From a virus (taxonomy: Duplodnaviria > Caudoviricetes): a DNA stretch of 43,035 nt. The notes under the pieces are model-generated. The model was given only the letters and a program-made list of their open reading frames with translations, did no database searches and was not told where the DNA came from. The number at the start of each line of letters is the position of its first letter. The first letter of the stretch is position 1. The stretch covers positions 1 through 43,035 of IMG/VR virus record IMGVR_UViG_3300030098_004559; one strand, given 5' to 3'. The translations under genes were made by a program, and so were the position numbers. This document shows, one piece after another, positions 18,186 through 25,972 of the stretch.

Positions 18186-18842
18186 ATGAAAACACTAGAG
18201 TTATTTGCTGGCTCTAGAAGTTTCAGTAAAGAAGCTGAAAAGCTTGGATATGAAACTTACACTACGGATATAAATGACTTTGAGAAGATAGACCAAGTAT
18301 GCAACATATTTGATTTTGAACCTAGTAAAGTACCATTTATACCAAACTTTATATGGGCAAGTCCACCATGTTATACGTTTAGTGTAGCCAGTATAGGACA
18401 TCATTGGACTGGAGGTAAGGGTGCATACATACCTAAAACAAAAGAAGCAGTGATGGGTATCAAGATAGCACAGAAGACCAAAGAGATTATAGATTATTAT
18501 AAATCGATTAATCCAAACCTACTATACCTAGTAGAGAATCCTAGGGGGGTGCTAAGGAAACTAGATATATTCCCCAAAGAAGAATTAAAGACGGCCTGGT
18601 ATTGTCAGTATGGAGATACAAGGGCTAAACCAACAGATTTGTGGACTAACTTTGATTGGAAACCTAAGACTTGTAAGAATGGTAATCCAGATTGTGACCA
18701 CGAACGAGCACCAAGAGGTAGTAGAACAGGTACTCAAGGATTGAAGGGTAACTATGAAAGAAGTATGGTGCCTGCAGATCTGTGTAAAAAGATTATAAGT
18801 AAAGTAGAAGTACATTTATTTACGTTAAGATATGGTAAGTAA
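18186..18842 (+). CDS. Short C5 cytosine DNA methyltransferase
   Basis: Motif I LELFAG, motif IV ASPPC, motif VI ENP, YCQYGD.RAKPTDLW; only 218 aa. Confidence 0.85.
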   Translation: MKTLELFAGSRSFSKEAEKLGYETYTTDINDFEKIDQVCNIFDFEPSKVPFIPNFIWASPPCYTFSVASIGHHWTGGKGAYIPKTKEAVMGIKIAQKTKEIIDYYKSINPNLLYLVENPRGVLRKLDIFPKEELKTAWYCQYGDTRAKPTDLWTNFDWKPKTCKNGNPDCDHERAPRGSRTGTQGLKGNYERSMVPADLCKKIISKVEVHLFTLRYGK

Positions 18843-18844
18843 AG

Positions 18845-18912
18845 CTTCCCTGGTATACGGAAGGGGGTTGACTAGAGTAAACGACATGTCGGTGGAATCC
18901 CAATGTATACCA
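18845..18912 (+). ncRNA. Candidate pseudoknotted RNA element
   Basis: CTTCC(18845-49)/GGAAG(18859-63); loop TGGTATAC(18851-58) pairs with GTATACCA(18905-12). Confidence 0.35.
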
Positions 18913-18932
18913 ACAATTAAGCAAGTGAGCGA

Positions 18933-19039
18933 GAGATAATGAGAGAGTTTTAACGGCTATAAAAACTTAACATTCGTTGAGAGGTACAGATGCATAATCA
19001 GGCTATAGCGTCCTCAAGCAAAAGTTCTCTCTCAATCTC
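18933..19039 (+). ncRNA. Candidate branched RNA element just 5' of the tRNA
   Basis: GAGAT/ATCTC plus TGAGAGAG(18940-47)/CTCTCTCA(19027-34); inner TTGAG/CTCAA stem. Confidence 0.4.
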
Positions 19040-19047
19040 ATATACAT

Positions 19048-19131
19048 GCTAGTGTATACAATTTGGAAAAGTAAGCAGTCTGTAAAACTGATGGCAATGT
19101 GCCTTTGTAGGTTCAAATCCTACCACTAGCA
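19048..19131 (+). tRNA. tRNA-Tyr (GTA)
   Basis: Acceptor GCTAGTG/CACTAGC plus A73; anticodon loop CT-GTA-AA (GTA 19082-84); long variable arm GGCA-ATG-TGCC; T arm GTAGG-TTCAAAT-CCTAC; no encoded CCA. Confidence 0.9.
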
Positions 19132-19148
19132 CTAACAATGGAGGAGTA

Positions 19149-19772
19149 ATGTTTAATGAAGATAAAATAATACTAGACCTTTGTGGTGGAACTGGCTCTT
19201 GGAGCAAACCATATAAAGACAATGGATATGATGTTAGGGTTATTGATCCACAAGAATGGCTTGAAGATGATTATGGCACAGGTGATATTAGGCTGTTTAA
19301 AAAACCTAAAGAACAAATATATGGTATACTGTCTGCTCCACCTTGCACACACTTTAGTGGTAGTGGGGCTAGGCATTGGAAGAAAAAAGGCAAAGAGCCA
19401 TTACTCGAAGGCTTGTCAGTCGTTGATGCTTGTTTAAGAATTATATTTATAACTAAGCCTAAGTTTTGGGTATTGGAAAATCCAGTAGGTAGATTAAAAC
19501 ATTATATTGGAGATGCTAAATGCACATTCCAACCTTATGAATATGGAGATGCTTATAGTAAAAGAACTTGTTTATGGGGTGAGTTTAATATGCCTAAGCC
19601 AACAGATGTAGTAGAGCCTGATATGGTAGAGTTTACAAGCAAAAAAGGTGTTAAGAAAAGAATGGCTAGAATATTTTATGATAGCTTTAGTCTGCCACCA
19701 AATGAAAGAGCAAGACTTAGGTCTATGACACCCCCAGGTTTTGCAAAAGCTTTTTATGATGCAAATAAATAG
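19149..19772 (+). CDS. Short C5 cytosine DNA methyltransferase (second, divergent)
   Basis: ILDLCGGTG, APPCTHFS, LENPVG, YGDAYSKRTCLWG, RSMTPPGFA; 207 aa. Confidence 0.85.
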   Translation: MFNEDKIILDLCGGTGSWSKPYKDNGYDVRVIDPQEWLEDDYGTGDIRLFKKPKEQIYGILSAPPCTHFSGSGARHWKKKGKEPLLEGLSVVDACLRIIFITKPKFWVLENPVGRLKHYIGDAKCTFQPYEYGDAYSKRTCLWGEFNMPKPTDVVEPDMVEFTSKKGVKKRMARIFYDSFSLPPNERARLRSMTPPGFAKAFYDANK

Positions 19773-19782
19773 AGGAGAATAA

Positions 19783-19953
19783 ATGAAAGACTTAGTAAGA
19801 GTAGATAGAGATGCAAAACTTGTTGAGTGGTTAGAGGAAAATTTCAGCTTACACGATGTTGATATGATTTTTAATACTTTAGATGAGTTCAGAGATTTTG
19901 ACACAAAACAAGGCGAGATAACATTTTTAGATTTTATAAATAAAAACCATTAA
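19783..19953 (+). CDS. Hypothetical protein (56 aa)
   Basis: MKDLVRVDRDAKLVEWLEENF...FINKNH; GAGGAG SD. Confidence 0.6.
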   Translation: MKDLVRVDRDAKLVEWLEENFSLHDVDMIFNTLDEFRDFDTKQGEITFLDFINKNH

Positions 19954-19964
19954 GGAGCAAGTGA

Positions 19965-20066
19965 TTGGAAATAATTTTTAACATAATTGACTGGTTGCTA
20001 TATGCAATATTATTTCTTATATTAGTCGACAACTTTTACAAGATTTTTATTAAAAACAGACGATAA
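19965..20066 (+). CDS. Small membrane peptide (33 aa)
   Basis: TTG start after AGGAG; MEIIFNIIDWLLYAILFLILVDNFYKIFIKNRR. Confidence 0.45.
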   Translation: MEIIFNIIDWLLYAILFLILVDNFYKIFIKNRR

Positions 20067-20074
20067 GGAACACC

Positions 20075-20281
20075 ATGTCTTTTAAAAAAAAGTTTAAGAC
20101 TAAGTCAGAAGCATTAATTGAAGCAGATAAAATACTTAGATTGATACATCATTACAATGGAGAGTATAAGCATTTAATAGAATCAAGCTATCTTGAAAGA
20201 CTATCAGATGAAATAAAGATGTCAAAAAAAGATAGTGCAAATGAAATAAGAGAGTATTTTAAAAAAAGGAGAGTGAAGTGA
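20075..20281 (+). CDS. Hypothetical protein
   Basis: 68 aa; AAGGA SD; coupled to the next gene. Confidence 0.65.
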   Translation: MSFKKKFKTKSEALIEADKILRLIHHYNGEYKHLIESSYLERLSDEIKMSKKDSANEIREYFKKRRVK

Positions 20282-20478
20282 GTAAGAAAAAAGTATCCAG
20301 GATAGCAAAGTTAGAGCAAAAAGTATTAGAGATGACATATTTTATTGGAGCCATGAAAACTAGATCTGAATTACTAGAAAAATCAATATCAGAATACATA
20401 GAATACAAGAAAGATTGGGACGATTTCAATAAATATGTGGAAAAAAAGAAAAAAACACTTGAAAAAAAGAATAAGTAG
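20278..20478 (+). CDS. Hypothetical coiled-coil protein
   Basis: 66 aa; GTGA overlap; AGGAG SD. Confidence 0.65.
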   Translation: MSKKKVSRIAKLEQKVLEMTYFIGAMKTRSELLEKSISEYIEYKKDWDDFNKYVEKKKKTLEKKNK

Positions 20479-20514
20479 TTATAATTTTAGTGGCGATTGT
20501 AAAGGAGGTTTGCA

Positions 20515-20892
20515 TTGAAGAAAAACACTACAATTAGAATAAGCGAAAATGCTATTCAATATTATACTGATAATTACAGAACAAATCACGCAGGATGCGT
20601 AATAGCTTGTGAGGGATACCCTAAGTTAAGGGAGCAAGCATTAAGAAATTTAAATTCTTGGAATATTTTTAGTAAAGAAGAGTTGAGCCACTTAAAAAAG
20701 GCATCAAAGCTAGTAGCTATTGACAAAAGTAACATTGCATCATTAAAGCTTTGGGAAGCTGAAGTATATGATTACTTTAATTCGTCTAGTTTAAGTGAGA
20801 ATAAGTTTAAAATAATCATAGAGAAATTAAGAGAACTACCTTTAATGGAGATGTTTGTACTAAGAGAATCCATTTTAGGTGAATGTTTATAA
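20515..20892 (+). CDS. Hypothetical protein, possible ribbon-helix-helix N-terminus
   Basis: 125 aa; AGGAGG SD; TTIRISE beta-strand/helix start. Confidence 0.65.
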   Translation: MKKNTTIRISENAIQYYTDNYRTNHAGCVIACEGYPKLREQALRNLNSWNIFSKEELSHLKKASKLVAIDKSNIASLKLWEAEVYDYFNSSSLSENKFKIIIEKLRELPLMEMFVLRESILGECL

Positions 20893-20897
20893 TATTT

Positions 20898-21038
20898 GCG
20901 AGGGGGTTCCACAAAGTGCTACACACTTGGACCACACTCTTCTCGCCTCCTCGCTATCATTAGGGACGTTGGTTAATTGTTAACAGATTATGTTTTACGG
21001 AAGATGTTGACACATTGATATGCTAAACACCGTCCCTA
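20898..21038 (+). other. Two long intergenic stem-loops
   Basis: GCGAGGGGG(20898-906)/CCTCCTCGC(20946-54); TAGGGACG(20961-68)/CGTCCCTA(21031-38) with inner TGTTAACA/TGTTGACA. Confidence 0.5.
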
Positions 21039-21048
21039 TAAATTTTAA

Positions 21049-21306
21049 ATGGAGGAAATCAATATGAATTCAATGTCACAAGCATTAGAAAACATAAAGA
21101 ATGAATATGGTTTAGAAGAATTTGAAAACGTATGGGTAAGATACGAAGACGATGGTGCTTTGCTATCTTTTAAATCTAAAGGTAAGTCCTGGAAACTATA
21201 CCTTTTCAAAGAAGAAGATGAAATAAAAAAGTTTGACGATGGTGATATCTTCTGCAATGTGTGCGACTATAAACATAGAAACACTATGGGATGTCAAGCG
21301 CCTTGA
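21049..21306 (+). CDS. Hypothetical protein (start may be ATG 21064)
   Basis: 85 aa with a C-terminal CxxC; a GGAGG SD precedes the second Met. Confidence 0.6.
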   Translation: MEEINMNSMSQALENIKNEYGLEEFENVWVRYEDDGALLSFKSKGKSWKLYLFKEEDEIKKFDDGDIFCNVCDYKHRNTMGCQAP

Positions 21307-21578
21307 AGATAAATAAAAGATACACCATGACGTTAGACCAATTAGAACAATTTTTAAAACACAGAGAAGGAGAAAACGGAATGATAGTAAACCCAAAAGA
21401 CAACTTTGTACTGTTCTATGCTGATCAGCCAAAGAAAAACGAGAATAGCCCTGACTTTAAAGGGATATTAAACGGAGCTAATGGTGAGAAGCTGCCAATA
21501 GTAGCCTGGACTAAAGATAAAGATGGTAAGCAATACATATCGGGCGTGGTAAATGAAGAATACAAAAAAGAAGACTAA
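21291..21578 (+). CDS. Putative single-stranded DNA-binding protein (DUF736-like)
   Basis: KKNENSPDFKG...VAWTK...KQYISG motif; adjacent to the exonuclease and annealase. Confidence 0.55.
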   Translation: MSSALKINKRYTMTLDQLEQFLKHREGENGMIVNPKDNFVLFYADQPKKNENSPDFKGILNGANGEKLPIVAWTKDKDGKQYISGVVNEEYKKED

Positions 21579-22365
21579 ACCACATCTTAGTCCTTCGTCA
21601 ATAACACAGTATCTTAAATGCTCTGCACAGTTTATGTTCCGTAAACTAATAGGCAACAAGCCACCAAGTATAGCGCTTTTGTATGGCAAGTCTGTAGATG
21701 AGGCAATAAACGTAGATATGGAGCAAAAAATATTAACTAGGAAGAACCTTCCTATGGATGATATAAAGGATGCTTTTGTAACAGAATGGGACGAGAACAA
21801 GGATGACACAGAGTTTCACTCTAATGATAAACCAGATGCTCTACGGGAGATAGGCATCAACAGTGTTGGTCATTGGAGTGATACTGTGGCACAAGATATT
21901 CAACCTAAGTTTGTTCAAAAGAAATTAGCTGTAGAATTTGATGACTTTGATTTTGATATACTTCAGTTTGCTGATGTTATAACAGAAGATGATGTTATAA
22001 TAGACAACAAAACAGCAGGTAGGTCAGTATCAAAAAACAAAAAAAGTGGTAGACTTGTTATACCCCATGACCATCGATTACAATTAACAATGTATGACCT
22101 AGGTTATGAAGTGAATGAGTCAACAAAAGCAAAAAGCTTAGGGTTGGACTACTTGATAAAGACTAAGACACCGAAAGTGCAACAGTCCAGGTGGATGCCA
22201 AACCAACAAGACAGACAGTATGTTCTTGGATTGATGGAGCATGTAGCAAACGGGGTTAAAAAAGAAGTATTTATACCCAACAGAAATAATATGATGTGCT
22301 CTAAAAGATTCTGTGCATACTGGCAAGAATGTGAGAAAAAATACGGAGGGAGAGTAAAACCATGA
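21553..22365 (+). CDS. PD-(D/E)XK exonuclease, Cas4/RecB-like
   Basis: HLSPSSI..YLKC, ADVI...IIDNKT, QLTMY and C-terminal CSKRFCAYWQEC. Confidence 0.85.
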   Translation: MKNTKKKTKPHLSPSSITQYLKCSAQFMFRKLIGNKPPSIALLYGKSVDEAINVDMEQKILTRKNLPMDDIKDAFVTEWDENKDDTEFHSNDKPDALREIGINSVGHWSDTVAQDIQPKFVQKKLAVEFDDFDFDILQFADVITEDDVIIDNKTAGRSVSKNKKSGRLVIPHDHRLQLTMYDLGYEVNESTKAKSLGLDYLIKTKTPKVQQSRWMPNQQDRQYVLGLMEHVANGVKKEVFIPNRNNMMCSKRFCAYWQECEKKYGGRVKP

Positions 22366-22970
22366 GTGAAGATAATTCATTATTTAAAACCCTTAACTCT
22401 GTTAATGTTAATGATTATACAGAGAAGAAGGGTCGCTTTACATATTTAAGTTGGACGTTTGCAGTAAAAGAGCTGCTTAAAGTTTGCCCCACAGCACAGT
22501 GGCATGTACATGAATACAAAGATATTAACGGCAATGAAGTTCCTTATATGCAATCAGAGAGTGGTTGTTATGTAAGAGTTACAGTTATAGCTGATGGTAT
22601 AGAAAGAAGTCAAGTACACCCAGTGCTTAACGGTTACAATAAAACAGTGATGAAGCCTAACTCTTTTGAGATAAACACATCGATACAAAGATGTTTGACA
22701 AAAGCTATATCGCTACACGGACTAGGACTTTACATCTATGCAGGTGAAGACTTGCCCGATGTGGAGGACGAGCCTGTTGTAGAAGAGAAAGCAACTGACT
22801 CACAGTTGATCAAGATTAAAGAACTTACTAAAGATTATGAGGGCGAGAACAAGGCTAGATTAGATGCTTGGTTGAGGACTAATCCAACTAAGAAAGAAGC
22901 ATCACAAAAAATAGATGCCTTGAAAGGCAAGACCAGCTTTCAAAATATGAGGGCTAGCAGTGCGACCTAG
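22362..22970 (+). CDS. sak: Sak-like (Rad52/DUF1071) single-strand annealing protein
   Basis: EKKGRFTYLSWT.A and INTSIQRCLTKAISLHGLGLYIYAGEDLP signature. Confidence 0.88.
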   Translation: MSEDNSLFKTLNSVNVNDYTEKKGRFTYLSWTFAVKELLKVCPTAQWHVHEYKDINGNEVPYMQSESGCYVRVTVIADGIERSQVHPVLNGYNKTVMKPNSFEINTSIQRCLTKAISLHGLGLYIYAGEDLPDVEDEPVVEEKATDSQLIKIKELTKDYEGENKARLDAWLRTNPTKKEASQKIDALKGKTSFQNMRASSAT

Positions 22971-23634
22971 TTATTACGCTGTTATACCTTCAGAAGTTAG
23001 ATACGATAACCGCTTAAAGCCAAGCGAGAAACTCTTGTATGGAGAGATTACTTGTCTTTGCAATAAAACAGGAAGATGTTGGGCAGAGAATCAATATTTT
23101 GCAAACTTATACGATGTTAATAAGAAAACAGTGTCTTCCTGGGTATCTAACCTACAAAGACTAGGGTATATCGGTGTTAATGTTGACAAGAAACAAAACA
23201 ATAAAAGATACCTATCCATAAAAACATGGGCACCTATCCATAAAAAAATGGATACCTATCCACAAAAAAATGGAGGTATATATAATAATATATATAATAC
23301 TAAAAAGAATAATAAAATTAATATACCTATTGAGTTCTTTATTGAAACCTGGAATAAAACATTTGACAATGAAAGTGTTTCTAGTATTATAAACATCAAA
23401 GGAACGAGGCTGAACCACGTAAAAAAGAGATGGCAAGAGAACCCTAATGAGAAGTTCTTTGTAGATTATTTTAATAAAATACATAGTTCTGACTTTCTTT
23501 CGGGTCGATCAGCAGACTGGAGATGCTCTTTTGATTGGGTTATGAATCCCTCTAACATGCAAAAAATACTAGAAGGTAATTATAATAACGAAGAAGAGAG
23601 TTGGCTAGATAGCCTTAGGAGTAAACATAAATGA
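22960..23634 (+). CDS. Replication initiator (HTH, lambda O-like)
   Basis: SYYAVIP.EVRYD..L...EKLLYGEI winged-HTH N-terminus; C-terminal FL.G....W..SFDW..N..N..KILEGNY; internal iterons. Confidence 0.85.
   Translation: MRPSYYAVIPSEVRYDNRLKPSEKLLYGEITCLCNKTGRCWAENQYFANLYDVNKKTVSSWVSNLQRLGYIGVNVDKKQNNKRYLSIKTWAPIHKKMDTYPQKNGGIYNNIYNTKKNNKINIPIEFFIETWNKTFDNESVSSIINIKGTRLNHVKKRWQENPNEKFFVDYFNKIHSSDFLSGRSADWRCSFDWVMNPSNMQKILEGNYNNEEESWLDSLRSKHK
23208..23325. repeat. Replication origin: 3 x 22-bp iterons plus AT-rich unwinding element
   Basis: ACCTATCCAYAAAAAMATGG at 23210, 23232 and 23254, followed by a nearly pure A/T tract at 23277-23325. Confidence 0.8.
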
Positions 23635-24137
23635 TATATTTAATAAAAGCTGAAGAAACTAACCTATACAAAATAGGGTACACTGCAGGCAAAGCTGAAG
23701 ACAGATTAAATGGAATGCAGACAGGGTGTCCACACAAGTTATCTATTGTTAAGACAGTGAAGGGCGATGTTAGGCAAGAAAAGTGGCTTCATAAAAGTTT
23801 TTCAAACAACAAAAAACGTGGAGAGTGGTTTGAATTTAGTGATGACGAAGCAGAAGATGTTGTAGATAAAATGAAAAACTACAGAGATGGTGATGATATT
23901 GACCTAGAGCAGTGGAGAGCTTGGCATGAAAAACATATACGAGATTCTAAAAGCACAGACTATAGGATGGAATATTTTATAGAACTTGCAATATTAGAGA
24001 TTATGTGCAATAATTATGACACCGCTATTCAAAGGTTAATGGAATTTAAAGAACTTTTATTTTCACGTACTAGGATGATAGGCATGCCTGAGCTTACTGA
24101 TAAAATATTAAATACAAAAAACAAAGGGGCTTTATAG
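23631..24137 (+). CDS. GIY-YIG nuclease family protein (T5orf172/MUG113-like)
   Basis: MIYLI...YKIGYT...RL..MQTG.P...E..LH..F...RGEWF. Confidence 0.85.
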   Translation: MIYLIKAEETNLYKIGYTAGKAEDRLNGMQTGCPHKLSIVKTVKGDVRQEKWLHKSFSNNKKRGEWFEFSDDEAEDVVDKMKNYRDGDDIDLEQWRAWHEKHIRDSKSTDYRMEYFIELAILEIMCNNYDTAIQRLMEFKELLFSRTRMIGMPELTDKILNTKNKGAL

Positions 24138-24272
24138 ATGCAAGATGAAATAAAAATATTTAAGGAACTACATTTTGTTTATATAGTTAAAGGGAAAAAG
24201 TTTTTGTGTAAGAAAAAAGCAGAAAGGTATGCTAAGGTAAAACAAAAGGAGATTGAAAATGGACAGAGTTGA
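24138..24272 (+). CDS. Hypothetical protein (44 aa)
   Basis: MQDEIKIFKELHFVYIVKGKKFLCKKKAERYAKVKQKEIENGQS; abuts the previous stop. Confidence 0.5.
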   Translation: MQDEIKIFKELHFVYIVKGKKFLCKKKAERYAKVKQKEIENGQS

Positions 24273-24819
24273 TATAATAAGAGACTTCTTTTTAGACTTC
24301 AATAGAGACCCATTTAAGAACAAATCTTTGGTAGAACACTATGTTAATAGATTATATGACTGCAATACTGGAATGCTTAAAATGGCCTGTGAGGAGCTAT
24401 CTTTATCAAATGATACTTTACCTAAGTGGAAGGATGTTATGGGCGTATACACCCGTTTAAAGGCCTCATACGATGATTCTAGCAACTATGAGCGTATAGA
24501 TTGTGATGATTGTGGTGGATCTGGAGCTATAACATCAGTTTTCTTTGGAAAAATGGAATTGTTTAGTTTAAATTTTAAAGGCGAAGGTGCAGTGTATTAT
24601 GATGTTATAATAGGCAAGTGTCATTGCACGGCAGGAAATAAGATGCCAGAATATTTTGAGGTTAAGAGTCCACCTAAGTTTATTAAGGACTATGCTAAAG
24701 AACTAGAGTTTGATTGTTCTTACACTACTACTAAGATAGTGACGTTAAAAAATAAGGAGTTGAGAGAATGTACTACATCGGAATCGACCCAGGAATCAAC
24801 GGAGCATGTGCCGTTTTAG
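24253..24819 (+). CDS. Hypothetical replication protein with zinc-finger (helicase-loader position; start probably ATG 24259)
   Basis: CDDCGGSG...CHC motifs; lies downstream of the O-like initiator. Confidence 0.55.
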   Translation: MKMDRVDIIRDFFLDFNRDPFKNKSLVEHYVNRLYDCNTGMLKMACEELSLSNDTLPKWKDVMGVYTRLKASYDDSSNYERIDCDDCGGSGAITSVFFGKMELFSLNFKGEGAVYYDVIIGKCHCTAGNKMPEYFEVKSPPKFIKDYAKELEFDCSYTTTKIVTLKNKELRECTTSESTQESTEHVPF

Positions 24820-25211
24820 ATGACGAAAGTAACTTAAAAGTTTTTCGTTGTCCTAAAGATATCAAAGAGATGGCTGATATCTTGTATAAGTATCAGTTTG
24901 AAGATTGTTATGCTGTCATTGAAAAGGTTCATAGTTTTCCTGGTCAAGGTGTGGTTTCTACTTTTACCTTTGGTCGCAACTTCGGTCAATGGGAAGGGAT
25001 ATTAGCAGCACTAGACATTCCTTATATATATGTACAACCTAAAAAATGGATGGAATCTTTTCAACCATTATCAAAAGAAAAGAAAATAAGAAAAAAAGAG
25101 TTAAAGAGTAAAGCTATAGAGCTTCACCCTAAGACTAAAGTGACTCTTGTAAATGCAGATGCTATACTATTAGCACATTACTGCAAAGGATGGGATGCAC
25201 CCGATGAGTAA
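24768..25211 (+). CDS. RuvC-like Holliday junction resolvase
   Basis: YIGIDPG, VIEKVH, F.FGRNFG, P.KW and ADAILLA motifs. Confidence 0.85.
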   Translation: MYYIGIDPGINGACAVLDDESNLKVFRCPKDIKEMADILYKYQFEDCYAVIEKVHSFPGQGVVSTFTFGRNFGQWEGILAALDIPYIYVQPKKWMESFQPLSKEKKIRKKELKSKAIELHPKTKVTLVNADAILLAHYCKGWDAPDE

Positions 25212-25599
25212 AAACTTTGATTTAGATTTAAACTTTGGCGTAATATTTGAAAAGAAAGTAAATGATATGCTTAATTGTGAAGGTAAGATAGAAGTTAAAA
25301 CTGAACGTGACAAGTGGGCAACTACTGGAAATATATGTATTGAAGTTAAATACAAAGATAAACCTTCAGGATTAGCTGCAACAGAAGCCGACACTTGGAT
25401 ACATCTACTTGCCATAGACAATGAAATTGTCGGTGGTTTCATATTCCCAGTTAAAGAATTAAAGTTTATTGTTAAAAGACTATTATATAAAAACATAGCC
25501 AGAACAGTTTCTGGAGGAGATAGTGATGCAAGTCAAATAGTATTACTACCTATTAGTCGTATATTTGAAAAAGGAGCAGGATATGTCGATACCGAGTAA
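25195..25599 (+). CDS. Hypothetical protein, PD-(D/E)XK-like
   Basis: IEVKTERDKW..TGNICIE...KPSGLAATEAD.W motif common in phages; start probably ATG 25204. Confidence 0.65.
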   Translation: MHPMSKNFDLDLNFGVIFEKKVNDMLNCEGKIEVKTERDKWATTGNICIEVKYKDKPSGLAATEADTWIHLLAIDNEIVGGFIFPVKELKFIVKRLLYKNIARTVSGGDSDASQIVLLPISRIFEKGAGYVDTE

Positions 25600-25741
25600 G
25601 ATACCTACAAATCCTATGATTGTTAGGTTGGAGAAAGAATTAAAAAAAGCGCATGAAGAAATAAAGTATTGGGTTCAAAATCATGCTGATGCAGTAGAAG
25701 AAATAGAGGAACTTAAGTGCAAATTAAAAGAAAAGGAATGA
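25583..25741 (+). CDS. Hypothetical coiled-coil protein (52 aa)
   Basis: MSIPSKIPTNPMIVRLEKELKKAHEEIKYW...KEKE; SD present. Confidence 0.55.
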   Translation: MSIPSKIPTNPMIVRLEKELKKAHEEIKYWVQNHADAVEEIEELKCKLKEKE

Positions 25742-25795
25742 ACGTTTTAATACCAAAAGGTTACTGGACAACAACTATAATAAGGAGTTTGAACA

Positions 25796-25972
25796 ATGGA
25801 TCAAATGGAAATAAAACTGCTAAAAAAAGAAAACATAAAGTTGTGTGAGTTGCTTGATATGTATAAAAAGAAATATCATATTGCATTACAAGCCCTTGAT
25901 GAACTAGAAGTAAGGCCTGATAGAAGAGTTGCTTCTAGGTGTAAAGAATATTTATCTAGTCAAGAATTCTAG
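25796..25972 (+). CDS. Hypothetical protein (58 aa), last gene of the plus arm
   Basis: MDQMEIKLLKKENIKLCELLDMYKKKY...SSQEF; AAGGAG SD. Confidence 0.55.
   Translation: MDQMEIKLLKKENIKLCELLDMYKKKYHIALQALDELEVRPDRRVASRCKEYLSSQEF

Noticed and set aside
18845-18912. HDV/theta ribozyme, tmRNA-like fragment, or SAM/SAH riboswitch identity for the pseudoknot
   Set aside because: No P3/L3 for HDV, and it is not at the tRNA 3' end; no proper T-arm or CCA; no match to the SAM-II/V or SAH consensus as I recall them. Kept only as an unassigned structure.
20459-20487. Sigma70 promoter TTGAAA…TATAAT
   Set aside because: Spacing is 15 nt to TATAAT; the 17-nt alternative (TAATTT) is weak in AT-rich DNA.
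21553-23273. CRISPR-Cas (Cas4-like gene and 22-bp repeats)
   Set aside because: The repeats have no spacers and sit inside the initiator gene; no other cas genes are present.
25738-25848. 36-aa ORF MNVLIPKGYWTTT…
   Set aside because: Overlaps a better-supported ORF with a strong SD; too short to support.
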